This document shows, in pieces, positions 1 to 12,300 of a stretch of DNA of 64,000 bases; position 1 is the stretch's first letter; every line of letters begins with the position of its first letter. The notes beneath the pieces are model-generated. The model was given only the letters and a program-made list of their open reading frames with translations, was not told the DNA's origin and made no database searches. The stretch covers positions 15,299,028 through 15,363,027 of the forward strand of contig CM082576.2 in NCBI GenBank assembly GCA_040954595.2. The letters run 5' to 3'. A program made the translations under genes and the position numbers. Source of the DNA: Balanoglossus misakiensis. Taxonomy: Eukaryota > Animalia > Hemichordata.

Positions 1-3000
1 TCATTGAATTTTAATTAGAGTATTGAAGTTCATCAAAAATTTATCAATTGAATTGGTTTTCACGATTGTAATTTTGCAACGTTGATATGACATGTACTTT
101 ATACTATTCTATCCATCAAATGTGTCAGTGCAATGGAATTATGAATAATCTCAGTATACTGACATAATCTTGTTAGTGTCATGACAATTAAATGTTAACA
201 TTTTCCTCTCACAGACAGGCTACATTTTCACTACAGCAGCAACTTCAATTCAACTAGGTCACTTACCCATGGGTCTTCATATTTCTGGGAAGCCCTGTTT
301 TTCTTACAACAAATATTGCCCATCATGCAGCAAAAACACACCAAATGCTTTAAAACCCACAACTTTTGCGGTGGTCTTGAGTCCAACAACTTTTACTTCG
401 TTCTAAGATGGCGTCTTCTGGTCATAATCATGTGATTTTGACGACTGGAGGAGGTGTAAAAAGTTATAAAGTAACTATAAGTAAATACACTGCCCTATAC
501 ACTACAAAGGATGTCAGAATATACAATCAGCTATTAATCAAAATCATGATAAGATATGTCACAGCCTGAGGAATTTTTTGCACACAGCCCTAAATATTTT
601 CACAATACACTCAACAAATTTACCGCATGCAGCACAAAATAAAACATTGAATACCCAGATTTCTTAATTGTAAAAAAAAATCTAAAATACCATGATAAAC
701 TTCAACTAGAAAAACAACAATCAATAAATATACAGTGTTACTGTGTTTGTTTTGTAAACATTATCAACTCCACCAAATTTTCTCTATGCATTTGGGAACG
801 TATAAGTTGTCTACTGAAATCAATCCAATGATATTCATCATTACAGCATAAAGTTTCATTTATAATTTATTAATTAATTAACACTAATTAATTATAAAAT
901 AGCATTGGCCCCCTGTAAAATTTCTGTTCCGAGTTCCTTGTTCCACACATCCCTAAGGTGCAGTACATCATGTCTAAGTAAGCGTACTTTCTTTTTCTGG
1001 TTAATATTTTATACTCCATTAAACCAGGTATTTTTACAACCAGATTGTAAAATAAAACTTAAAATTTCTAAGAGTACAAAAAGGAATGTGTAGCAACAAT
1101 TCTTTGTGCCGGTATGTAGACCATAAAATGCACAGTCTCAAGTAGTGTCTTACTTCCTCGTTACTAAGAATATAAACTAGGGTACTCTCTCTCCCCCCTC
1201 CCCCTCCCTTCTCTCTCCCCTCCCTCCTCCTTCCTCTCCATTCCTTCTTTCCCTCCCCCACTCTCTCATTCATCGTGCTTCAGTGATACTAGCTAGGTTA
1301 ATCTCCCGCACGTAGGCAAACTGTATGTCACTAAGCACTGGCATTTATAAATGGTTAAATTATTTACACAAGACACTCCGTCTACTTTTTAAGATTAGAA
1401 GTAAAATGACCATAAATAAGTATCAGTTATCTTGAAAGCTGTAGACATCTGTCAATATATTAAAACCCCTATGTCAGGCAGCAAATACATGACTCAGCAA
1501 GGAGTTTCCTTATACAAAATATTTAGGTTGATAGCATATTATCTGGTGTCATGGAATGCAATCAATTTAACATGGACAATTTTTATTTCAATAAAGTACT
1601 ATTTCAGACAGGTGTGATAGCACCAAGCAAACATTATACATCCCTTCATAATTTGGGGAAAACAGAATTACGTAATGCTTCGCTCGATGATTATTTCCCA
1701 CCAAATATGCTACTTTTCACCTTAGAAGTCTTATACATGTACCAAAAACTCGCTAGCTGTTTATAACCTCTAATTAAAAAATCAATTCTGAGATATTGAA
1801 ATTCAATATTTAAAGGAGTATGATCAATCAGCCCTGTAGCATTTTCCTCCCTAGCACTGTAGAATAAAATGAGAAATTTGACTTTTTTTGCCACCTTCCC
1901 TTTAGAGGCTTAAACCGCTACAAACTCACACTGGATTTTTTAAGCCATGAGGAGGTGGTAAGATTTTTTGCACGTAGACTAACATTTGGTATTTGCCAAC
2001 TTTGACATAGGGGTTAAGGTAAACATCAATAAATCAAAGCATGACGCATGTCTTCAAGTGTTTATGGTTAGATTTCAATGTTATAGATTTTAAAATATAT
2101 AAAATACTGTCCCGAAATGAGGTTCATTGACACTAGCATGAATTTGTCAAGACAAGTCCGACAAATTAACCAAAACTGCATGTTTATCACTTCAAATTCA
2201 ATGAAACAAATATAACTGGTCCTCAGTATGATAGGGATACAGTATTACAAAACATATAAAGATCCCATTGTCAGATCGCCCACACATGACTCTCTGGATG
2301 CTTAAGCAAATATACCTGTGGTTTGTGACAAAAGGTCTGAGAGAAGGCTTGAAATCAGCTTGAAAGTTAAAATTAGCTGTGGAGCCCTTATCAAAGAGGA
2401 CAGGTACATTCCATGGCCACAATACCCTGTCAAGGCATACCATTGCCTCTTGGTAACACACAAATATGGTGACAAGCAAGATGTGTTGGAACATGTTTGG
2501 TTTTGGACCAAGCCATGCATTTGATTGATGTGCATTTAAAAGTAAACCTGATCCAGAGTGGGACTTGTGAATCAATATTATATGCCAAAAGTTATCACCA
2601 GTCTTTCAACTATTCATCCACAAGACCCTCGGCCACAAAGGTTTTTTTTTTAAATGGATGATTGAATGATTGAATGAGTGAGTGGGTGAGTGAGTGAGCG
2701 AGCGAGCGAGTGTGCATGCATGTGGGTGTGCGTGTGTGTACATACAAATTAAACTCGTCTACAGTAAGAGGCTTGACTTACTTTCATATATGTCCTGTAG
2801 ACAACCAGACTCCATTCCAGATCTTCACACACTAAACAGATCAGAATAGCTTTAACTTAGTTCTGGTTCACCAGCCATATTTTCAAACATGCAGAATCAG
2901 ATGGTGGTATCACTGAGAAGTGATGTAAATCCACAGGTAACTTCACAACACCACAACTTTGCCGGAATTTACTGAAGCAAAAACTCCTCTAGATTAGCAT

Positions 3001-3354
3001 CTCAACCCTGTGAACAAGAGAAAAATATATTAAAATCACAGTTGAAAATAATTTTAATAGTCATTACTGGTAGCATGCCAATGTGGCCCAGAATCATTGA
3101 AAATTGTCAGGATGAACTCCGAACCTTTCCCGATTGCTTTGAGTGGTGACTGCAAATTCTGATGACGTCAGTGACTTCAGCGTCACCTCGCTCGTTGCCC
3201 CTGGCAACAACGTGGGTAAGTATAACGTTGACACATGCCACGCCTCTGCAAAATAAGCCACCGTTACTGTGGAAAGTTGAGAGCTAGCTCACCAGTATGA
3301 ATATGCATGTTCTCAGTTTTTTTACATTATATATTATTTCTATACTAATTCCAG

Positions 3355-6300
3355 AACATGAGAAGACATTCGAAAATCATTATGATCATCTGACTGTGTT
3401 TGCTGAAGTCATTGAAAAGTGTACTCAGGAATTCAAACAGAGATTTCAAGAAGAAAATTTGTCACAAAATGGTATGTATGTCAGTCAATACAAGACTTTC
3501 CTAAACTCTCCAATGACAGACACAGTCGGCCCGATCGCCAAAAAAGGAAATCTCATGAATATTTAAATAAGGTGTCAAAGGTAACTTTTCGCCCAATCAG
3601 ATTCCTGGTTTTCGACTCATGCATATCAGTTCTATAGAAAATATGCATACCCGTAGTTTTAGTTCAATTAAATAAAATCTACGTCGCCTAAATGCCCAGG
3701 ATTTTGTCCGAGGACACATTGATACACCCTCTAGCGATCTACCGTTGCGTTTTGAAATCGACCGTTGCGTTTTTTAGTGACAGCTGATAATTTCTGCCAT
3801 GCCCAAGTCCCCACTGTCGACAACGGCGATGATGGCTATTCTTGTATGTTTCCGGGTTTTAGTCCGAAGTTTTACAAATGAAGTTCAATTAAATAAAATC
3901 TACGTCGCCTAAATGCCCAGGATTTTGTCCGAGGACACATTGATACACCCTCTAGCGATCTACCGTTGCGTTTTGAAATCGACCGTTGCGTTTTTTAGTG
4001 ACAGCTGATAATTTCTGCCATGCCCAAGTCCCCACTGTCGACAACGGCGACGATGGCTATTCTTGTATGCTTCCGGGTTTTAGTCCGAAGTTTTACATAT
4101 GAAGTTCAATTAAATACAATCTAGGTCGCCTAAATGCTCAGGATTTTGTCCGAGGACACATTGATACACGCTCTAGCGATCTACCGTTGCGTTTTGAAAT
4201 CGACCGTTGCGTTTTGTAGCGACAACTGATAATTTCTGCCATGCCCAGGTCCTCACTATATACACACGGAGCTCCGTGCTATATACACAACGGCGATGAT
4301 AACAATCTTGTGCGTGAGCTAGGCCGTGGCTCAGTCACTCTCGATCCAAAAGTTTCATGATTTCTTTTATTCACAATTACCAATTACCGTAAATGATAGA
4401 AAGGGTCGAATTCACAAAATATGACGATTACCTCATGAATTTGCGATGTCAATATGGAAACTGTTAGCAACCTCGCCAAACGTAAATTATATTACAACAT
4501 ACGCGCCGCGCAATAGCTCACAACACCGCTCATGCACACTCACAGTCACCGTATTACGAGTTTACTACGAGTATCGCTGTGCCCCTGTATCAGTTGCGTC
4601 TTTATACCATACATGTAGCTGATATAGTCCGACTAGCACAAGTATGGATCGTTATACTTGGCCGCATTGACACTGAAAAGTGAGGCCCAAAGTTTACTAT
4701 AAAGCATGTAGTGAATCTGCAAGGTCGCCCTCATTCAGGGAATCACCATGGCGACATAGCTGCCCCGTGAATACTCGAGGCGGAAACCGTGGGAGTCTAC
4801 GCCTGGCTGCGGATGGACCAACAGTATGGAAAGCCACAGCTGTCTTAAGTCCATTGTTACCATTATATGCTCTGCATACATCATTATACGCTGCCCATAC
4901 ATCATTATACGACGCTGATACATCATTATACCCTGCTCGTACATCATTATACGACACTCGTACATCATAATACAATGTGCATACATCATTATACAATGTG
5001 CATATATCATTATACAATGTGCATACATCATTATACGATATGCATACATCATTATACAATGTGCATACATCATTATACGACGCTCATACATCTTTATACA
5101 ATGTGTATACATCATTATACAATGTGCATATATCATTATACGATGTGCATACATCATTATACGCTGCTTGTGCATCATTATACGCTGTGGATACATCATT
5201 ATACGCTGCCCATACAGAATTATACGACGCTTATGCATCATTATACGACGCTTATACATCATTATACGCTGCTTGTGCATCATTATACGCTGTGCATACA
5301 TCATTATGCGTCGCTCATTCACCATGATACTATGCCCATTCAACATACGGTGCGCGTTTGGCTTTATACTATGCCGACATGTCATTATGATATGCTATTC
5401 CTAACCCCAATTCCGTCAAAGAGGGCGCACTTATACACATGACGGTACTGAAGTAAGACTTGGATTCGGTTTTGGTTTCGAGAGACTGAAAGTACATGTA
5501 GTTAAGCATTTTCGGGCGACCATCGCGGTTTGGCATCTGCAGTACGAGTATGAAAATAAGTTTTTATAACTCTGTAAAAATATGAATATATTTGATCAAA
5601 CTCTTTCGACATGTTATGTATGATATTTTTGGCACCAAATCACAGTTTTTGCACATCAGAAATTGTTTAATACATATTTTATCATCGAGAAACATACTTC
5701 GATGATAAAAAGATATAATTTTGAAATTTTCGGCTTGAATAAACATTTTTTGGGTGAGAAAAATGTCATACATAACAAGTACAGATTAAATTAAAGCTGC
5801 AAGCAGCGTTGGCGGGGCACAAGCGGTTCCCATGGTAACCAGCAAATGCCAAGGCTGTATCTGCTGTGGATACCAAGATATGGGAAAGTAAGTCAAAAGT
5901 CACCTGAGGTCACCCCATATTTGCGCAAAAATATTGGACCTCATACTAGTCTGCGTCCAACAAAAACCAGACCCGTAGCCCTATTGGTTCGCCTAGAATT
6001 AGGTATGCACATAATTAATGAAGTCTTGTGTAAGACTCCATTGTGCTCAATCCCCCCAAAAGCCAGGGCTCTAACTGCTGCGGCTGCTGAGATATGGGAA
6101 ATTAAATCAAAGGTCACCCAAGGTCACCCAAAATTTGGGCATAAAATGTTGACCCCATAGTGGACCATGTCCAACAAACACACGACCTCTAGCCCTATTG
6201 GTTAGCCTGGAATAAGATATGCAGAAAAATGATGTTTCAGAAATAGGTCAAAGGTCATTGATAAAATTCCCAAAATATTTGTGTCATGTCCTGGTAGCAG

Positions 6301-9300
6301 TGGTACCCATGTCCACAAATTCCATGACTGTGGTGCTGTTGCAAGAGGAGGTACAAGGCATATGCATATATAATTAGTTGTTTTAAAACTGGGTCAAAGG
6401 TCATGGGAAAATTGGACCCCCCCCAAAAAAAAAAAAAAAAATAATAATAATAATAATAATTGTGACAAGTTCCGGTCATATGATGACTCATATCCACAAA
6501 AAGATTTTCCGTGCTGTCATCATTTTGGCTACAAAACGGAATTTTCATTTTTCAATGGTTTTCCGAAAATCCAATATGGCCGCCATAACGATAGACCAAT
6601 CACAGTGCGCTTCGCATACTATATAGACATAGGTTAGGTGACCACATACCCCGAATCCCGTGACTCGGCAATCGCTGGTTCTGGAGGAGAAGATTTTTTA
6701 AAGTTTTAAGTAGTTTTTCAGAAAAACAATTGTAGCAAAAAACCTGCAACTTTGACAGCATAATTTCCAATTACAAAAATGATGGACAAAAGGTAGTCTA
6801 CCTGCACGCCAAATTTAAAGGTGATCAGACTTGTAGTTTCTGAGATCTGAGATTTGCATTTTTTCACGAAATCCAATAAGGCCGCCAGGTCACGTGACTA
6901 ATTAAATATTCACAAGCCACTGCACATCTACTCATTGACCTTGACCACTGTTGCAAGTTTGAGAAGTGTACCTGCAGTAGTTTCAGAGATCTAGTTGGCC
7001 GAAGATTGACAGGAGAATAAAGAAAGAAAAACCCGAAAAGTGCGCCCTCTTTGACGGAATTGCGGTTAGGCATAGCATATCATAATGACATGTCTGCATA
7101 GTATAAAGCCAAACGCGCACCGTATGTTGAACGGGCATAGTATCATGGTGAATGAGCGACGTATAATGATGTAGGCACAGCGTATAATGATGTAGGCACA
7201 GCGTATAATGATGTATGCACAGCGTATAATGCTGTATACACATTGTATAAAGATGTATGGGCAGCGTATAATGATGTATGGGCAATGTATAATGATGTAT
7301 TCACAGCGTATAACGATGCACAAGCAGCGTATAATGATGTATGCACATTGTATAAAGATGTATGAGCGTCGTATAATGATGTATGGGCAATGTATAATGA
7401 TGTATTCACATCGTATAACGTTGCACAAGCAGCGTATAATGATGTATGCACATTGTATAATGATGTATAAGCGTCGTATAATGGTAACAATGGACTTAAG
7501 ACAGCTGTGGCTTTCCATACAACAGCGTGGTTTTGGGGCTGTGCAGAGCATGTAGACGTAGTCAAGTTAGAGCCCGTGGTAATAGGTCAGTCGGGACGGT
7601 AATCACAACATTGGCGCTGCGAGCCTGTGTTCCTACTTTGTGCGGGGAAACGGGTTTTCTTTGATAAGCGGGGGAGAGTGGTGTTTCTGTGGCCGGAATT
7701 CAGCGATTGCGTCCGGGTGAGGCGTGGGGTTTTTTCTGGGCTAGGAAAAAACGGGAAATCGGGGATAGCCGGGGCAGAAAGACACTGGGCAAACTCTCGC
7801 GGACCGCGGGGAATTTCTAGTGACATTTAGGGACGGTACTGGGTAGGTACCGGGGTTTTCACGATAGTTTTCAGTGAATTTTATTACTGACCACGTGGGT
7901 GAAAACGGGGCCACTGTTTTTACATGCAGTCTGCTCTTGGTTTCAACTCGTTTGTGAGTTGGCTGTTGGACATTCCGATTCAGGGGGACTGGGGTATTTT
8001 CGGGATTCATTCATCTGTTTTTGATAGCGTTCCGGATTTTCTGGAATATTTTCCGGAATTTTCAATCGCGCATTTTGTGTGTGTGCGCGTGTCGTCAGTT
8101 CTATTTTTAGCGACCCTCACTCCAGAAAAACGTGTTTCGGAGCAGCGTTCCGCGCATGCGCAGAAACTTTTCCCGCCGTTGCCAGAGAACGGTATGGTAC
8201 ATTCCGCGTTTTTTTGGTGTGGGAGTGAGTGAGCGTTCGTTTATTGTACTCCGTTTACATCTTTTATTTATCACTCGTTTCATGCGAGTGGCCTATTTAT
8301 TTACGTTCGTGATTATTCTTTTCAATAAAGAGCTGTTTTATATTTGTCAACCTCAAGCTGGTGTTGCCTAGGACAACCAGCAGTGTGTGTCAAGTATTGT
8401 GACTCTTGAATTATTGATTTGAGTGTGTGAATTTTATTTTGGGGGACTTGGCTGTACGTTTAAAAAGTTGCGAGGGAAAGAAGTACAGCACTAACGGGCT
8501 CATCAAACATCTCGAAGGGCCCACCACAGTGATTTCCCAGGTTGATTTAGCTTCCGGGGATAAGCACCAGATTGTTTCACTATTACCCACGACGTTCCTT
8601 TTGAATTGAAGTTGAACCTCTGGGGTAACCTTCTTATGTTAATTGTTGAGTTGATTGGCCAGCCGTCTCCGACTCGATCAGGATGGCCTCCAATCAGAAA
8701 GTGTATATTAATACATGTGACACTTGGACCCTGAAAACTTTACCAGGGGTAGGGGAGAAGGTAGCCCGAGCAATTATTGCACTTAGAAACAAATTTGGTA
8801 GGGTTACACCTGGCATGTTGAAAGACGTGCCCCGCCTTAGGTTGACACCAGAGTTTCACAAGAAAGTTGTGTACGACACAAAAACGGGAAGTTCCTCTCG
8901 TTCTGACTATTCATCAGACAGTTACATGAATAGTAGCAATAGGAGCCCTGGTGTAAATGCCAAAAGAAGTTGCCCTCCTAGGGTAGGCGAATATGACAAC
9001 AGCAGATCCCATAGTGTTCGTGGCAGGGAAGGGAGTCAACCCACACTTTCTTATTGGTGTTGGGGAAATGATGCCCATGAACCCATGCCCAGAAACACTT
9101 TCAGACACGAAGTTCAATTTTCAGACCCAAATGAAGAACATAGGGGTGCCCCGAATGGAGATCACAAGCCCCAGAATTCAAGTGGTTTCTCACAAATGTA
9201 CGAAAACCCAAGGCATGATCCACGTCTGGATGAGGGAGGGCCTTGGGGACGGGGTGTTTTCAACTATGGGGAGCCATGGGATAGGGATAGTGTTGACACT

Positions 9301-12300
9301 TATGTCACAGTACCGAGGGGGTGGGATCAGAACCAGTATCCTGGAGAGTTTGCAGGAACAGTCCCTCAACATGAACTGGAAGGGTTTACCAGACATTATA
9401 CGCCACCACCCCCATATTCAGTGAGGCATATGCCAAACCCAGCTAGTCCATACAACACACAGTATGAACTACCACCTCATAGCTATAGCCTATACATGCC
9501 CACCAGTATCGAAGACAATTATGGGAATTGGGACCAAACCCCTCTTGAGAATGAATCACGGTTCCACCCTTATGGTGAACCATCTTTTGGGAATACAAGG
9601 TCAGGTCTGAGTAGGGAAGGGTTTGTTTCTAGCCCTGAGACATTTAATATACCAAAGACCTTGGTGTACACTGGGAAAACAAAATGGAGTGTTTTCTTTG
9701 ACAAGTTCAATAGCTACGCAGACGCACATGGGTGGACAGAGACCGAGCGAAAATGCGGCTTGTGTTTGTGCTTTGACGGTGACGCAAGCGAATATTATTC
9801 AACACTGATGAGTCGCGAACGAGATATGTGTTACCGGAAACTTGTCCACAAACTTGAAAAGCGCTTTGGGCAGTATGAACAACCGGAAATAGTTCAAACG
9901 AAATTCTGGCGGTTGCGTCAACAAGCCGAGGAAACACTTGAGAAATGGGCAGATCGCGTTCAATCACTTGCGGTGTGCGCTTTCCCCGACCTCCCAGACA
10001 GTGCCAGAGACCGACGGGCAGTGGTGAAATTTTGTCAAGGGTGTTCAGACCGTGCGGCAGGACTATCAGTCGCACACCAGCACGTCTCCTCAATGGAGAA
10101 AGCGATAGATCAAATACGTTGGTTTCAGTATAACCGCCGTGAAATCTACGGCCAGCAACAGTCACGCAGAGATAGTAAGCAAATGACATCAGAGACAGAT
10201 AGTGAGGATGAAGTGTCAGACGCGAGTGAAGCCAGCCGGTCGCGATCGCTCTCACCAGAGGGAAAGTACAGTTATGGGGAAGTTGAACAAGTGCACTCAC
10301 AGTCTGAGGAGGAAACAGTTACTTTCACTGACCATTTAGAACAGTCCAAGGGGGGAGGCAAGGAAACGTATAATGCCATGGCCAACACCGGGGTGGGCTC
10401 TCCATGTGCCATTGCCGACCCAGGGGAGAATAATGCCACCTCCATGGAAAAGAATACAAGGGATCGAACCCAATCCCAGGGAGGGGATTCAGAAATAGCA
10501 TGCGAGGCCACTTGGGATAAGGGGGCCATACATCCGGAAAACAAAAGTCAGTTATCCCAGGCAGTTTCCAGTGAGACCATCTACGAGCATAAGTCCTATC
10601 TGGACCCAGGGGACACTAAGACAAGGGATGAGAATCACTTGTCGGAGACCCTGGAAGAACATACCTCTGAATCACTCACTCAGGATAATGCCGGGAACGA
10701 GGGAAGTGCCCAAGCCATAAACATAGGCCAATCGTTGTCGGGGTCTCTGTATAGTATACCAATGACTGTTGGCCGTGAACAGAAACCGGGCAGTGTGTCA
10801 AGGGTGGTGGGGAACCATCCAGGGAAGAAAGTTCGTAATGTAAGCACTCTATCGGGTTTGGTGGGACCAAACGAATATCCCAGCTATCGAAACGGTGAGC
10901 TTCCACAAGGTTTACTTTGTGACGGTACTCACCAGAAGTGGGGACAGTGTATAGAGGACATGGCCAATACAACACCTTTGGCCAGGGCAGCTACCCAAGG
11001 GATCTCCCTCAACAGCCTAAGTGGGGGTAAGTCCAAATTGGGAAGGGATGAATTGCCCCATTTCCTGGGCGAGGAACTAGGTGACCTAGTCCATCCCCAT
11101 GGGAATAAGCTGGGGTTGGGGACCCACACAATCTGGCCCTGGGATCCAGGGGGGTTGAGCCTATGTGGATAGGGTGTTAGCACTCAGGGGGGAACATTTG
11201 CAAATAGCCCCACTGTCTCATGGGGACATCGCCTGAAGCGAGAATATCCCAGTGAGGGAGGGGGAAGTTTTGTTCAATAGTACACCTTTCTTTCCTGCGG
11301 TCAATCAGGGAGCCTGGCAAAGCCAATGCCCAAATTGACCCGGAAGGACAAACAAAATACCACCTTCTTGCGCCAATTGTTCCGTGCCCATATCGCTAAG
11401 AAACAGATTCAGGTTATGCTGATCGACTTACCGGGAGATACTAGTATACTTCGGTATAGTCCCATGGTGTTGCATCAGCTGGGAGAATCTGTTGGGCATA
11501 CTCGGTAAAGCCCAGTTTGGGTAATATTTCAAGTGGGGGGACATCTATTTTTGTGTTTGTTTATGTTGTGTTGCATTGTGTTTTGTTATTCCCTGGAGTT
11601 TGGGGAGAAGAACGACGCCTCAAAAGATGTGATGGGGAGGAGTGTAGTGAATCTGCAAGGTCGCCCTCATTCAGGGCATCACCATGGCGACATAGCTGCC
11701 CCGTGAGTACTCGAGGCGGAAACCGTGGGAGTCTACGCCTGGCTGCGGATGGACCAACAGCGTGGTTTTGGGGCTGTGCAGAGCATGTAGACGTAGTCAA
11801 GTTAGAGGCCGTGGTAATAGGTCAGTCGGGACGGTAATCACAACAAGCATTTAGGCTGCATTCACAAACACCTCTGGAGGGGGGGGGGGGGCGGGAGAAT
11901 TCAATTTTTTTTACCGCTAATTTTCACATGCCCCCCTTCCGAACTGCCAATATTTTCAAATCCCCCCCTTCCGAACTGCCAAAATTTTGAAATCCCCCCC
12001 CCCATTTTCTTTCACAGAGCAAAACACATCACCTATGTATCTTGTAAAAAGAAAAACAGCGCTCCCATGAAAAGAATTTGAAACTGATGTTTCCCCTCAT
12101 CAGTGGGTATTAAAACTGAACATTGTTTTTATTTTTTAAGTACATATATTTGTATTCTGTGTTGGGAGACATTGTAAACCGAGAATTGAAGGGGGTGGGT
12201 TTGGGAGGGGGTGTCCCCCTCCCACGTAAGAAAATTTTCTAAAATACAGAGCTCAAAGCTGCATTTTAATGAACCCGGCAAAAACAAATTAACTCAACTA

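Larger units (their letters stand above)
4825..7519. mobile_element. Foldback-like non-autonomous DNA transposon, IS3EU-like (TAT..ATA termini, 6-bp TSD)
   Basis: Long TIRs (4825-~5432; ~7038-7519) start TATGGAAAGCCACAGCTGTCTTAAG and are built largely of 21-bp tandem units. CAACAG is duplicated on both sides and present once in the intact 3' LTR. A GTATGG terminus with a 4-bp AACA TSD is an alternative reading. Confidence 0.8.
4707..11845 (+). mobile_element. Gypsy/Ty3-type LTR retroelement, gag-only (non-autonomous); 203-bp LTRs, 5' LTR interrupted
   Basis: LTRs TGT...ACA: 4707-4824 + 7526-7610, and 11643-11845 (3 mismatches). 4-bp TSD AGCA (4703-4706, 11846-11849). PBS at 7612 and PPT GATGGGGAGGAG at 11631-11642. 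No pol motifs seen. Confidence 0.93.

Noticed and set aside
1-3350. Candidate upstream exons and short ORFs
   Set aside because: AT-rich and low-complexity; exon-like segments (e.g. minus 2781-3007) have stops in all frames; no tRNA or rRNA recognised here or elsewhere in the window.
3521-3530. CACAGT as a Transib/RAG RSS-like terminus
   Set aside because: The right end reads ...GACTG|AGACA, so the leading CA belongs to the TSD and the terminus is CAG, not CAC.
4860-5310. CRISPR-like periodic repeat
   Set aside because: Units are contiguous 21-mers without unique spacers; eukaryotic context and no cas genes.
4823-7520. Polinton/Maverick call for the long-TIR, 6-bp-TSD element
   Set aside because: Termini are not AG..CT on both sides, the element is only 2.7 kb, and there are no polB, integrase or capsid remnants.
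4697-7565. Long repetitive ORFs (IMMYAHC / HHYT / SLYNVH)
   Set aside because: Artefacts of the stop-poor 21-bp array in the TIRs; open in most frames on both strands.
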